A stretch of DNA of 64,000 bases from Octopus vulgaris (taxonomy: Eukaryota). Location of the stretch: contig OX597814.1 in NCBI GenBank assembly GCA_951406725.2, positions 167,152,001-167,216,000 of the forward strand. The letters run 5' to 3'. Below are positions 25,926 to 39,771 of this stretch, piece after piece. Under the pieces are notes generated by a model. The model was not told the origin of the DNA. It saw only the letters and a program-made list of their open reading frames with translations, and did no database searches. The position numbers and the translations under genes are program-made. Each line of letters opens with the position of its first letter. Positions within the stretch are counted from its first letter, which is position 1.

Positions 25926-27582
25926 GCTGTCCAGGCCAGTGATATAACCAATAGGGGAGTAAGGGGAACAGCCACTCCCATCAAGCACATTTTTCAAAAT
26001 TGGCACCTTTTCATTAATTTTTTAAAACGCTTTAGTTAGCTACATCAGTAGTTATAAGTTTCATACATAATGACATAGTTATTGAAACAAGAAATTAATG
26101 AATGTAGAATACAATTATGTATGTTATAACTAATGAAATATTTTGTGTAAGATATAGAAATGAGTTGAAAATTGTTTGGTATGTGTTACAGCGCCTTTTT
26201 TTTTAATGTACCCACTAACTTTATAACCTGGCCATGCCACTAGTCTAGGCTACACTGTTTCTCATATCTGAAGTGTGCACTTATACATAATACCCTCTCT
26301 CTATCATTCATACGGAAATTAACAACAAAGCCTTCCACTTACTCAAGCTGAAAGTGTCATTTCCTCATTCTTCTAAAATTATCTGTTGTGTCTACCAATA
26401 TCTAAATTCCACCAGCCATCAACTGTTGTCTGATTATTTCTTGATTTGCATTGAAACCATATATAAATAGTGCTGTTCAATAAAGGTTCGACCTGGGTCA
26501 AGCAATCTTACCTCACAGGCTCCTTTGACATAGTGATGGGGGCCTTATGACAGTGCTGATGTATGTGACCTTATTGAGTTGTATATCCTTGATACCCTTA
26601 AGAAAAAGTTCCCCTCTGTCCTCTTTGGTCTTTACAGAGATGACATCCTGGCCATCTCTAGAGGAGCAAACAGGCACACCCTAGACAGGCTTAGGAAAGA
26701 TCTAATTAGCACACTTGACTCCATGGGACTGAAAAATCACCATCGAGAACAATCTCACCACTGCAGACTTCTTAGACATCATGCTTGACTTGAGCTCCAG
26801 TACAACCAAATGAGAGGCTAATGTACATCAGCACAGCCTCCTGTCACTCACCCATAGTGTTCAAAAACCTGGTGAAGGGTGTTATCAAGAGGATCACACA
26901 CCTTTCTTTCAGCCAAGAGATTTTTGATGCAGCAGCCCCCTACTATAACAAGGCTCTAGCTGCTAGCAGATTTAGGGACTGCATCTCCTACATATTGTGC
27001 CCCAACATCTGTAGAAGGAAGCATTGCAGAAATATCATTTGGTTTGCTACCCCCAGCCCCCATGACCTTCTATCTTAACGTAAAAATGTTTGTAGGTAGG
27101 ATGTTCCTTAAGTTAATAGATAAACATTTCACATAGGTAGGGACACATTTTCAACAAGCACAAGCTTAAGGTCTCTTTTAGCTGTGCCCCCAATATTAAG
27201 AGCATTCTAGTTAGCACCCCTAGACCATGAGTGGAGGCAGGATGCTCATGCAGAAACCACAACAGATGCCCAGTGAGAGGCCACTGCAAAACCAAGGGAG
27301 TCCTCTGTGAAGCTGAGGTACTAGTTGACCGCAATAGCAGCAGCAACATCAGTAATTACCCCAACTGCTACTACAGTAGCAGGCTCAACAGTTCCAATAG
27401 AAGCAGCAACAGGGACATGAACAGAACTATCAGCAGCACCATCACCAGCGATAACAACAATGACAGCAATGGTAGTATCCCTAAGGGAAATAGCAGCAGA
27501 ACATCACCAATGGTACCTATAACAGCAGTGACAGCACCTCCATCAATGACGATGACCATAACAACAACCACACCAGTGACCA

Positions 27583-28050
27583 GAGGAGATGCAATGGCCC
27601 AGTGGTTAGGGCAGCGAACTTGTGGTCGTAAGAACGTGGTTTCGATTCCCAGACTGAGCATTGTGAGTGTTTATTGAGCAAAAACACCTAAGCTCCATGA
27701 GGCTCCGGCGTGGGGTGGTGGTGAACCCCGCTGTACTCTTTCACCACAACTTTCTCTCACTCTTTCTTCCTACTTCTGCTACAAAGCAGAGGAACCATGG
27801 TGTAACCACTATGGTGTGATAAACTTTCAGACCCTAGTCTAGATTGCGAATCCTCTGTACCCCAGGATGGTTCAGCTCTCCACCCATTAAAAGCCACCAT
27901 TTACAGAATGAGGATAACAATGTAGCGCGTGTGGTGGGTGGATCTTCAAGTTGCCACACGCATTTTTAGTAGCTTAGAGTAGGCTCGAATTAGAGATTAT
28001 TCTTTGTGGCTAATAGCGTGAGTCCTGATTGGAAGAAGAAGAAGAACAAC
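27583..28050 (+). mobile_element. tRNA-derived SINE nested in the PLE GIY-YIG spacer
   Basis: ggagatgcaatggcccagtggttagggcagcg...ggtttcgattccc head, same as 58782; distinct tail ending (AAG/AAC)n. Confidence 0.75.
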
Positions 28051-28620
28051 AACAACAGCAGCACCATTACCAACACTGGCAGTGATGGCACAAACAGTGC
28101 CAGCACCAACAACAGCAGTAGCAGCAATGCCAACACCAACAGACACAGCACCACCAACACCCAACCATGGTGATACATCGGCTGCTCTGAGAACACATTC
28201 AGACAACGCCTCTTCACCCACAGATCCTCCTTCAGGATACTGGAAAGAAGATATGTTACATTACTAGCCAGCCATATATGGCAGCTGAAAGATGATGGGA
28301 TTCCATACACAATATCATGGAGAATCCTAGAAAATCCAGGCCCCTACATAGATGGAACCAAGTGCTGTAAGCTATGCATAGCAGAACAGGCAAGGATTTT
28401 AAAGGACTCCCTCAACCCAGGGAACATACTTAACTCCAGAATGGAGATCTTTGGACCAGGCTTGCATTTCAGGAAATTCTTGCTGGCCTATTGGAACCCA
28501 CAGAATAACAGGGTCACTGGCGATCGATAGCCAAAGGGAGACAGTCACCTGTTGTTGACATTGAGCAGCAAGGTCCTTTCCTCTGTCATACTCTAGAGAG
28601 GCCATAAGCCAATAGATTTT

Positions 28621-28681
28621 GGGATCTGATGATATGCTATAAAGGTGGATGCTTTATGGATGTGAAACCCAGAGTAATCCC
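28621..28681 (+). ncRNA. Minimal type-I hammerhead ribozyme at the PLE 3' end
   Basis: gggat-CTGATGA-(tataaag/ctttatg stem II)-GAAA-C-ccaga-GTA-atccc; predicted cut after 28676. Confidence 0.75.
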
Positions 28682-29092
28682 ATAAACTGGCCTTATCTAT
28701 ATATATATATATATATATATATTGTTAGTAGAAATACATAAATCTGGAGGGAAGCACAGTCTAAGATAAAGAGCAGTTAATATTATAATGGAGGAGGCCA
28801 GTTTATGGGGTTGCCCCGAGTTTCTTGCTCATAAGGTGTTTGGCCTTACAGCGTAACTTCACACCCCAAACACTGCTGGCCTAAAACCTCTTCAAAATAT
28901 GGAGGGGAAAAGCCTCACTATAATGATAAACACTAGGTGATTATCTTCCTTTGCCATTGGCCATCGATTTGTTGTCACTGCTCAGCTGCAGCAACGGCAA
29001 AAACAGCACCAGCAGCAACAACAACAAATGTGGCACAGGCAACACGTTCAGAGATGAATAGCTTCCCCTGTTATATATAATATATATATAAA

Positions 29093-29940
29093 CCCTCATA
29101 AAAAGTAAAATTTGTTTGTTTGTACATTGACCACTGTAAACACTAAATAAAATTGATAATATTTCAGATTTTTCATGTCATTTGAATTACTTTGACATTT
29201 CTGCAGATAACTGTGTACTTATTCTCCAAAAACAGTTTGGGGGTGCCACGTTGGTGATGTATTCGCTTTTATTTCTAGCAATCCACATACAATTTCACCA
29301 TAATGTTTATATCTCTTCTCTAGCCTTATAAAAAGCAAAGTTTGTTTGTTAGTTTGTTTGTTCGTTGATTGCTGAAAACACTAAATAAAATTGATAATAT
29401 TTCAAGTTCTTTGTGTCATTTGAATTAATTTGACCATTTCGCAGATAGCTGTGTACTTATTTTCCTATTTTATGAAAACAGATAGGGGACAGAGTTAGTG
29501 GTATATTGGCTCCTATTTCTAACAATCCATGTACAATCTCACCGTAATATCTATATCTATTCTCTAGCCTTATGAAAAGCAAAATTTGTTTGTTTGTTTG
29601 TTTGTTTGTACATTGACTGTTGAAAACATTAAATAAAATTGATAATATTTCAGGTATTTTGTGTCATTTAAATTAATTTGACTATTCCACAGATAACTTA
29701 CCTTCCAAAAATGGAAAGGGAGGGCCAAGCTGGTGGTGTATTGGCTCTTATTTTTAGCAATCCATGTACTATTTCCCTGTAATGTCTATATATCCTTATA
29801 AAAAGCAATTTGTTTGTTTGTACATTGCTGAAAACACTAAATATAAAAAGCAAAGTTTGTTTGTTTGTTTGTTTGTAGATTGACCACTGAAAACTCTACA
29901 TAAAATTGATATGTCAGGTTTTCCATGTCATTTAAATTGA
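29093..29940 (+). repeat. Tandem ~235-bp repeat (3 full + 2 partial units) at the Helitron 5' part
   Basis: Recurring unit cttataaaaagcaaagtttgtttgtt...aacactaaataaaattgataatatttca...tcattt(g/a)aatt...caatcca(t/c). Confidence 0.8.
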
Positions 29941-30286
29941 TTTGACCATTATCAAAGCAAAAATCCTCACTGGATGTGGTAAGAGAGACATTGTATTTAT
30001 ACCTAGAATACCACTAATACCAACAGATGCTTCCTTTCATTTCAAACAATTGCAATTCCCAATGAGAGTCAGTTATGTATTGATCATCGACAAATCCCAA
30101 GGCCAAACACTGCAGGTCGTCAATCTCCATTTTGAATGGTCAATTGTATGTAGGTTGTTCCAGAGTAGGAAGCCCATAGAAACTCTTCATATATGATCCA
30201 AAGAAAAAAGTTAAAAGCATTTTATATACTGAAGATCTGTAAATGTTTTATAATTTTTGTACAATACATTTCTCTATTATTATCTA

Positions 30287-31079
30287 CTAGCAGTATTGCC
30301 CGGCTCGTGCGTTCTATGCACACACGAATTAAGCTAAACTTGGATGAAGTTCAATCAAAATTCAATTATTTTGGTTTTAAAATCAAGCATTTAATATCCT
30401 CTATTTTTGCGCTTATGTGTTCCATTTCCTCAATAGGAAGTACGTAGAAGTGTTTCATAAATTTTTGTTGAATTATTCTTTTAGATCAGTATTTCTCAAC
30501 AGGGATTTCAGGGGAGAGTTTCAGGGAGTTGCTGGCGATGTATCGTGATGATCAAAAATCCGGCCTGCTAAAATTTGGTTAAAGTGATTCAAACTGCAGA
30601 CTCAACGCAAAATGGTCACATTTAATTCAAGGCATTAAAAATGTTATGAAAACAATTGGTATGTGTTCACAAAGTCCAAACGATTAATACGAAAAAACCC
30701 TCCAGGCTACATCCCAAAAATTCATTTCTTTGCTGAATTTCTACAATGTTTATGGCGATTCATTTTTATATCTTGATTTTTGATTTTTCATGCAATTTAC
30801 GCACGCTTGCACGCGTGGTGAACACAGTTCATGTCAAACAACTGACTGAGTAAAGTTCACTATTCAATGCATGGGATAAGGCCTAAACAAACACATTATC
30901 GATTTTTGCACTTGCGAGATGAATTTCTGAACAGAAATAGCGCAGTTCGATTTTCATTCGCCTAAACTTTAAGTGACCCATTTTTGGTGGTTCTACGATT
31001 TGTTGGCTAGGAAGTTAAACACACAGACACACACACAGATACACACACAGACACACAAGTTGAGTTTTATATATATAGA
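30287..31079 (-). mobile_element. Non-autonomous Helitron nested in opposite orientation
   Basis: A|TCTATATATATAAAAC ... GAGCCGGGCAATACTGCTAG|T on the - strand; no TSD. Confidence 0.8.
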
Positions 31080-31248
31080 TATTACTTTCTCTATTTATTC
31101 GAAATAAATTTGTAAAATTATATTATGCAATATTCATACACTTAACAACTTTTATTGTAAGGAAAATGGCAATATGATAGATCCCAATATGTGCCCTAAA
31201 AATACATTTCAACACTACTAACTGGGCTGAAGGCTGGGAGGCCCACTA

Positions 31249-31304
<56 letters not shown>

Positions 31305-32600
31305 CTGGGGAAGACCAGTTTATAGGATTACCCTGGGTTTCCCGTCCATAAAGGGTTTAACTTTATGGTATATTGTCAGACCCCAGAACCTGTTGGCCTA
31401 AAACCTCTTCAAAATATGGAAGGGGAAAAGCCTCATTACAAATGTAAACAAGGGGATTATCTCTCTTTGCCATTGGTTATCAACTTCTGGCTGTGTCGCC
31501 ATCTTGCAGATTCCAAAATACTAGCAGGAATCTCCCAAAATGCAAACATGGCTTGAAAATCTCCATTCTGAAGTTAAGGATGCTCTCTGGTTCAAGTGAG
31601 TTTTTTAAGATTCTCACTCATTCAGCTATGCATAATTTGCAGCGCTTCATCTTGTTGATGTAAGGGCCTGGGTTTTCAAGGATTTTCCATGAGATCAAGT
31701 GTGGGAGTCCGTCATCTCTTAGTTGTCAGATGTGACTGGCCAGTGATGTTACATATCTCCTTTCTGGGACCCTGAAGGAGGATTTATGGTTGGAAATGCA
31801 TTGTTTGTGAGAATTCCCAGTACATTCAATGTATTTCTGTGGGCGTGCAATGTTGGTGCTGCACCTGTTACTGTTGCTGCTGTTGTTGTTGTTGCCACTG
31901 TTGTTGCTGTTGCTGTTGAGCGAAGCGGTCTTCATCCCAGAGCTTGCAAGATTGCGCCTCTGTAGTGGGAGAAGTCTGAAACGTGGTCCTTTGCTATTTG
32001 TAAGACCCACAGAAGAGAAAGCAGGTCAACCCCTGACACCGAGAGCATCAACTGATGGATGAATGCGCATCCAGGCCCAGCGGTTGCATAGGAAGTCGGG
32101 GACAAGAAACGGGAAGAAAGAGTGAGTGAAAGTTGGGGGCGAAAGAGTACAACAGGGGTCACCACCACCCCCTGCCGGAGCCTCATGAAGCTTTAGGTGT
32201 TTTCGCTCAATAAACACAAACAACGCTTGGTCTGGGAATCGAAACCACGATCCTCCGACCGCGAGTCCGCTGCCCTAACCATTGGGCCATTGCGCCTCCA
32301 CTGCTGTTGCTGCTGTTGGTGCCACTGAAGGTGGTGGTGGCATCGGTAATGTTATTGCCCCTGACTCTGTTACCAGTGCTGTACCTGTTGTTATTGTTAC
32401 TGTTATTATTGCTGCTGATGTTGTTGTTGCTGTTGTTGGAGCCAGGGCTGCTGGTATTGGTGTTGGCAATGGTGGGGGTAATGGTAGCATTGGTAATGCT
32501 ATTGTCACTGCTATTTATGGAGAAGGTGCTGTTGTTAATATTGTAGTTATAGTTTTTGTTATTACTATTATTAGCCTGCATTTCTTACCAGTAGTGATTC
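31305..32600 (-). mobile_element. Second Naiad-type PLE 3' portion (YIG half of endonuclease + hammerhead terminal repeat)
   Basis: KYIECTGNSHKQCISNHKSSFRVPERRYVTSLASHI*QLRDDG...WKILENPGPY...CKLCIAE; CTGACAA...GAAACCCAGGGTA at 31379-31329. Confidence 0.85.
31925..32299 (-). mobile_element. tRNA-derived SINE nested in the second PLE
   Basis: ggaggcgcaatggcccaatggttagggcagcggactcgcggtcggaggatcgtggtttcgattccc head; unique tail running into (CAA/CAG)n. Confidence 0.85.
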
Positions 32601-32977
32601 ATTTTCTAACATGCTACAACCAGTGGCTTACATCCAGACATGCTGTTTCTTCACATGGTTTCTAGTACTGCGACTACAATGTACTCTACTCTTCTAAACT
32701 AGTAAGACACAGATGGTTTACATTTAATTATATCATGATTTGATATCTAAAATATTCAGCTAATCCTCTGCATAAACCTTGTCTTGTCTGGATATTTATG
32801 TAAATGGCTCAATTAATACCAAACACTCACCTCAAATAAAAATGTCTAGATGTAGGATTATACAGATTATTTTAGATGACACTTTAAAAAATCAAAGCAG
32901 CTGTTGGTTTTTTATAAACAAAACAATCTTAGTATTCAGTTTTTCTATAAAACATGTATTAAAATAAATCTAGAAGA

Positions 32978-33288
32978 TAAAAAAACAATAAACGTCGCCC
33001 TTTTCAAGCCTAGCCAGGCTCATGGGCCTGGTTTCCTGGTTTCTGTGGCATATGTGTTCCCTCCAGCTGGATGGGACGCCAGTCCATCGCAGCGTTACTC
33101 AAGAAACAGGAAGAGAGAGTGAGAGAAAGTTGTGGCAAAGGAGCACAACAGGGGTCGCCACCACCCCCTGCTAGAGCTTTTAGGTGTTTTCGTTCAATAA
33201 ACACACACAACACCCAGTCCGGGAATCGAAATCGCGATCCTCCGACTGCGAGTCTGCTGCCCTAACCACTGGGCCATTGCACCTCCAC
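32978..33288 (-). mobile_element. tRNA-derived SINE with 12-bp TSD
   Basis: Same family as 58782-59095; AAATCTAGAAGA at 32966-32977 and 33289-33300. Confidence 0.88.
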
Positions 33289-35590
33289 AAATCTAGAAGA
33301 GGTCCATCCATTTGTAATCTTTCAATGTTTTCAGAATTCATAATTTTCTGCAATGTAATGGAGAAAGCTAAATATGAAGTAAAATGTGGTTTAATGTATT
33401 TGATACCAAACTGCCCAAGATTGCTTTTGGTTCTATGATACAAACTTCCTGTTTTTAAGAAATCTAAATTAAAACCCTCCAAAATTTCACATTAATTTAT
33501 GTTTCAAATAGAAGCTTAATAAGGACAAAATTATTTTACTAAATGAACAATTGAATAGAATAAGGATAGCATATTTCACAAGAAATATGGTAATGAAAGG
33601 ATTAATGTTACAATATTTTTCTCATTTTTAATAGTTTTTTCTCCAATCTCATCAAAGTCAATTTTGCTTTCCCTCCTTCTGGGTTGATAAAATAAGCAAT
33701 ATAACTGACTGTACACCAACCCAAAATATGGGGCTTATGTTAGAAATTAACATTTTCTCTTCTAATTATTAATTAGAAGAAGTAAAGAACTGGACAAAGC
33801 ACGTTCAACATAAGTTTATTTTCAAGTCAACTGTATAATAAATAGTTTATATTTGCATTTATACACACACACATACACACGAATATATGCATGCCTTTCA
33901 TATATTAGTTTAACTGCATATTGTATGCATGTGTATGTAAATACATACCTTTTATAAATGTATATAAACATAATGCATATTTATGCAGAAGTATTTTTAA
34001 AAATACAATAAAACTCATTTTTAAAAAATCAATTTAATATTTTTGAAGGTTTTTCTTCTTTTTTTAATGTTTAAAAGATATGTCTCAGATAAAGTTTATA
34101 ATTCACGAAAACCAGCTGTTAGTTGAAAGATAATCCAGAATAATTGATAGGTATTAACTAGAGATCATTTATTAATAAATTGATTTAATTAAGAGAGAGA
34201 TTTTCTGAGCATGTTAAATTTTTCTTGGTACTACTGAGAACAGTTAGGGCAGAGTGTCTATGAATGTTAATGAAGAGAAATAGTTGATAAAAAATTTTAA
34301 ATAATTTTCTGTTTTTAAAAAAAAGGACAAAAATTGACAATTATCTTAGAAACACAGATAAAAGATTACTGGAAGCATATGCTATGATTTTAATTACAAA
34401 ATCTTTATAAAATCTGAATATATGCAAATTGCTTTGAAATTAAACGGGTTTGAGTAATAAATGAAAAAAATAGTGTGGCATCTTCTATTGTATTACAGAG
34501 AATCACAGCTGGATGAGTCAGCAAAGGTACAAGCTATTGGCCAATGTAGTCAACTGTTTGCACCTCATAACTGGAAATAAAACTGTCTTCTGCAAAGACA
34601 CTTAACCCTTTTGACATCAATTCCCCCAATACTGTCTTTATTAAAGTGTTGAAATTAAATTCATTTTAGACAGAAATCTTAAACCTAAATGATAATGTTA
34701 AATTTCAGTAGATAAATTGTAAAGTGTATTGCAACATAAAGCTTCATATACTGACAAATAACTTAGTTTGTTTCTCTAAATCTCTCATAGTTATATTTTG
34801 AAAATAAAAATATATAGAGTGATGTATTCTTGTTAGAAATGTGATCATAAAAGAAATTATTCATAATGGCTCAGGTCACTTGAATTGCAAATAGGTATCT
34901 TTGGGAGATACAGTTCAGAATGTAGTAGAAGTGTTGTGTCATTGTTTAATGTTGCTGAACCTAAGTACTCCCAAAGATCTGGAATAGGTGACCGGATGCC
35001 ATCATAACATATCCTCCTTCAAATCACTACAAGATGGAGTATTCAATGATGTTTCAACAACCCAATGGAGTATGGGAAATTTATTCAACACATTATCATA
35101 ATAATGAAATGATGGGCACAACTATAATTATGGGGGTATCAAAATTATAATATTAGCAATACCTGTAATATTAGTAACACTAGCAATAATAGAGAAAAGA
35201 AGATTAAAATATTAATAATGGATAAAACATTATAAGGTAGAAAAAATTGGATTTAATTTTTAAGGTTTATATTACTGAGGAAAAATTGTAATTTGATCCA
35301 AGTATTTTATAATATATTTTAAACAAAGAGTTAGACAAATTTGTTAGCATTATCTAAACATTGGTTTTATGGAATCCAGCTTTTACATTAATTTTGGCTG
35401 TTGCTTTGCATACAAAGTAGCAAGTTGTTAAAATAGTTTAAAAAGAAACAGTTTAAGAAGAAAAATATAAAGGACAAAAAAATATCTCTGTTCTCTTTCA
35501 AAAAGTTATATTTAAAAGTAGAGCAATTTTAATGAAGATAAACCTGCTAGAATGAGTACATATACACATATATCTATTGAGTTAAAAGGA

Positions 35591-35592
<2 letters not shown>

Positions 35593-35656
<64 letters not shown>

Positions 35657-35671
35657 TATAATAATAATAAT
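35593..35671. repeat. (AAT)n microsatellite
   Basis: Read directly from sequence. Confidence 0.95.
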
Positions 35672-36800
35672 GGTTTCAAATTTTGGCACAAGGCCAGCAA
35701 TTTTGAGAATTGGGTAAATCAATTACAATGACCCCAGTTCTAAACTGGTACTCATTTTATCACCCCTGAAAGGATGAAAGGCAAAGTTGGCCCTGGCGGA
35801 ATTTGAACACAGACCGTAAAGACGGATGAAATGCCCCTAAGCATTTTTCCCAGTGTGCAATAATAATAATAATAATTGATTTTCAATTTTGGGAACAAAG
35901 CCTATTTTAGCAGTGGAAAGGTGGAGAGGGAGGGGCAAAAGTCATTTGTATTGACTCTTGTGTATTACTGGTACTTGTTTTATCAACCTTAGAAGGATGA
36001 AATGTGAAGTTGACCTGGTGGGATTTAATTTCAAAACAGCAAGGCATCACACTTCAAGGATGCAGTCTGAGCCTAATTCACTGCTACAGAAATATAAATA
36101 ATGAAAAATATTCATAAGATGAGAAAAATAACAGCCAAAAACAAAAACAACAACAATAGTTCATAGAGATAATCTTGATGATAACAACAACAACAACAAA
36201 GACAATGGTCAAAATGGCAATAATGACAAAATGATAAGGATGAGTTCTAATAACAGCAACAACAACAACAATAACTATAAAACATTTTATAATAACCCAA
36301 AATAAATAAATAATTAAATAAATTAACATTATTTATAATTGTCATTGGAAAAAAACTGGAAGAAGACATAACTGATGGAAACATCCCAGTTAATTACAAA
36401 AAAAAAAAATTAATTATTGTTAAGAGAAAGAAGAATAAAATTGTAAAATTCTGGATGCTAATGAAAAAGCTGGGCTAAATTTATAATTTTAAGCTGTTAT
36501 TTTGCTCTAGATGAGTCCTGATCAAACTAACCATTGATCATAGATCAAAAATATAGCAGCCATCTTTTTGCAATTAAAATGTATTTAGGATGTTGTTATC
36601 CAGTGTCTCTCGTTTTATCACAATGGTAGGATGTAATTTGAGGAAGGTTTCTAGAAAATAAAGAGACTGTGGCAAAGCTCCATTTTGTATATGCATTTAA
36701 ATTTTTAGATATTTTAAGGATATTTTCACATTTTTATTCTCTGACTCAGTCTCTCTGTCACTGTTTCTATTTTTCTCTTCTTTCTCTCCCGTTCTCTCTT

Positions 36801-36831
<31 letters not shown>

Positions 36832-37229
36832 TTCTTTCTTTTTCTCTCTCTGTCACTTTTTCTGTCTTTCTATTTCACTCTCTCTTTCTCTCTCCTCTCT
36901 CTCCCTCTCACTGTCCCTCACAATTGAGATCTCATAATTACAATATTTTCATGAAATACTGGTCATGAAGTAAATGGAATATATCCAAAAATATACCGTT
37001 AAAAGATAGGATTTAAGCAGTAAAACAGATAATTAAATATTAAAAAAAAAAAAAGAAAGAACAAAATTTACCAAGTTGTATAAGTTTTTTGGTGTTAGAT
37101 TATTTGGCATTAAATTTTAGCTGTTTATTGAAAAACATATTATTCCAATCACCTACATTGCAAATATCACAAAATTTATAAAAATGTATAAATATGTGCT
37201 TTCATGAATGTATATGTGTATGTAAGAAT

Positions 37230-37285
<56 letters not shown>

Positions 37286-38000
37286 TCTGTGTGCATGTGC
37301 ATGTATGTGTGCATATATATATATATATATATAAAGTATATATGCATGCAAGAAAAGATGTGCATGAATGTATGTTGTATGACATATGACTTATTACTAT
37401 TAAAAATATATATACCTGTGACTATAACCATACACATTCTCCTTATCCTTTCATCAAACTCTGTTCAGCAAATTAGGATTCTGTTTCTGATTGACAAGTA
37501 TTAGCACCTATTGATGTTTAGATAGTAAATTCATTCAAATCCTTGACAGTATGTCTTTTCTATTCCCCTTTTTGTTTTTTTTTGGAATTTTTTTTAGGAG
37601 GGGAAGACAAAATGTATGTTTTATATTCACTCTTTATCTTGAATACTCATTATTCTCTATATTTCTGGTCCAGGAAAATTAGATAATTGACTATAATATT
37701 CATTTCAATATTAAGATATCAGTATAGTAGGTCATTGTGTGGAATGTACATAAGACGATATATTTTGAATACAAGTAAAATATAAGACTGATATTAACTG
37801 CTTTGCCTAATATAATCCTTACACAACACCCAGGAGTTTTTAGGGATAGTACATAGCATTGCGTTTTGTGATTTTAGTCAGGAAAATTATAAATTTATCA
37901 CTAGACGAAGATGGCACAGTTCTATGAGCCAATTTCACTCAAAAGAATTGGGTAAAACCAGTTTCATATATATACGTATGTATATCTATATCTATATTTG

Positions 38001-38093
<93 letters not shown>
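38001..38093. repeat. (TATC)n microsatellite
   Basis: Read directly from sequence. Confidence 0.95.
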
Positions 38094-39771
38094 CGCTATA
38101 TATATATATTATAGGTATGGCTGTATGCTTAAGAAGTTTACTTTGCAACTACATGCTTTCAGGATTAGTCCCACTGCATAGCACCTTGGGCAACTGTCTT
38201 CTACTGCAACCCAACATCAACTAATTCCTTGTGAGGGAATTTGGTAGATGCATGCACGTGTGTGTGCATCTATGTGAGTTTGCACCTGTCCCAACTGTTT
38301 GACAACTGCTATAGGTTTGTTCACATCTCCAGCAGTTTAACCAAAAAAGACCGATAGAATAAGTACCAGGCTTCAAAGAAATAAGTGCTGGAGTTGATTT
38401 GTTCAACTAAATCCTTCAAGACAGTAGTCTAGCATGTGTGTGTCTGTGTGCATGTATGCAGTCTCTTTACACATGACATTTAAAAAGGAGACCTCCTTAA
38501 GAATGTTGTGTGTTATACTGAGTAGGTAATTTTCCTGCTTTCAAAACGTCCTGATAAAACAGTTTATGGTCATTTGTTCTTCCACCAAAGAAAGTACATA
38601 TGCTGGTTGAATTTACTCTTAAAATCATTGGATGTAAGTCTTACACAAATGCATGACACACCATCAGGTACTGGACGAATTATCCTTTATGTAAAACCGC
38701 ATATGCTATAACAAAGTACTCTATCTCTTCACAGGAAAACTTAATTTGTAAACTCTGCCACCAATGGAACCCTCTATTTGTTTATTTCAAGTCCTTATTA
38801 GTTAATATGAGTCAATAAATTTTACTGAAATTCACATTAATTAAAGTAAGGGAGACTACCATCTATGAATGAGTTGTCTCCCATCCAGGAGATACCATAT
38901 AATACCTATAAATTATAAATTCCATCATGAGACTCAATAAGTATAATCCTTTGTTAACATACAAAGCAAAGTTTTAGTGATGCAAACAGGAAAAATAGAA
39001 CTCAAAATGAGTATATTTATATAAGCACCAATGTAAGAAGTTTTGGTGTTTGAGTTATTCTGTGGCTTCTGCTAAATATATATATATAATTATATGAAGT
39101 GAAAATACATTACTGCTCTAACCTTTAAAATGTACTTCTTTTTTGGATATATGATCCACTGACGATCACTATGTGACAATTATTCGGTAGCCATGATAAA
39201 ACTCTGAATTTTGGATGTCGGGGGTCATTTTCATAGCATGAAGAGATGGTGGCATGGATTTCCACCTTTACAGATATATATGCACACATATATATTGTAA
39301 TCAACGTCCTATCCTCATTACCATCACTATTTATATATTCATATTTCTATACTCGCATGGATTTGATGGATCTTTTCCAGTCCAACATCTCACTGTTTGT
39401 TACTTTCCTTTGTCATCTTGTTTGTGTGGTTCAACAGTTTCAGATCAGCTTTACCACTTCTGCCCATATCTTCCTCGAACTTCTGCAATTTCATTCCATT
39501 TGACCATCCTGAACCTTCTTTACCTATCTGCTGTCATCCTTACACATTATATGTCTCTCTCCACACAATTATTTCCCTGCCACACTAGCTCTGATTCTGC
39601 TTATATCCAGTTGATCTCTTAGCTTACCTGTCCCACATTGCACATGCACACAAATATTCCTCTCCAATGATTGATCATCTGCATTCAGTGCTCATATCTC
39701 CCTACAATGGTGTATATGCATATATATATATATATATACTTTATTTAAAGCAGCAGAAAATTCAACAAAAT

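Larger units (their letters stand above)
26470..28695 (+). mobile_element. Penelope-like element (Naiad-type), decayed RT + GIY-YIG + terminal hammerhead
   Basis: FDIVMG..DSADVCDL..LYIL...GLYRDD (RT); CSCRNHNRCPVRGHC = CxCx5Cx5C linker; YIGCSENTFRQR...LASHIWQLK...W.IL...CKLC..E...LNSR.E (28174-28530); frameshifts present. Confidence 0.88.
29093..31249 (+). mobile_element. Helitron remnant with PIF1-helicase fragment
   Basis: 29942-30170 translates ILTG...VFIPRIPLIPTD..F.FKQLQFPMRVSY...IDKSQGQTL and GQLYVGCSRV (Helitron PIF1 C-terminal motifs); 3' GC-rich palindrome then CTAG|T at 31246-31250. Confidence 0.8.

Noticed and set aside
29093-29940. CRISPR-like repeat array
   Set aside because: Eukaryotic DNA with long degenerate units, no unique spacers and no cas genes.
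28171-31730. In-frame TGA codons in the Naiad copies as selenocysteine
   Set aside because: They fall at Trp, Gln or spacer positions rather than Cys positions, the copies are decayed, and no SECIS was recognised.
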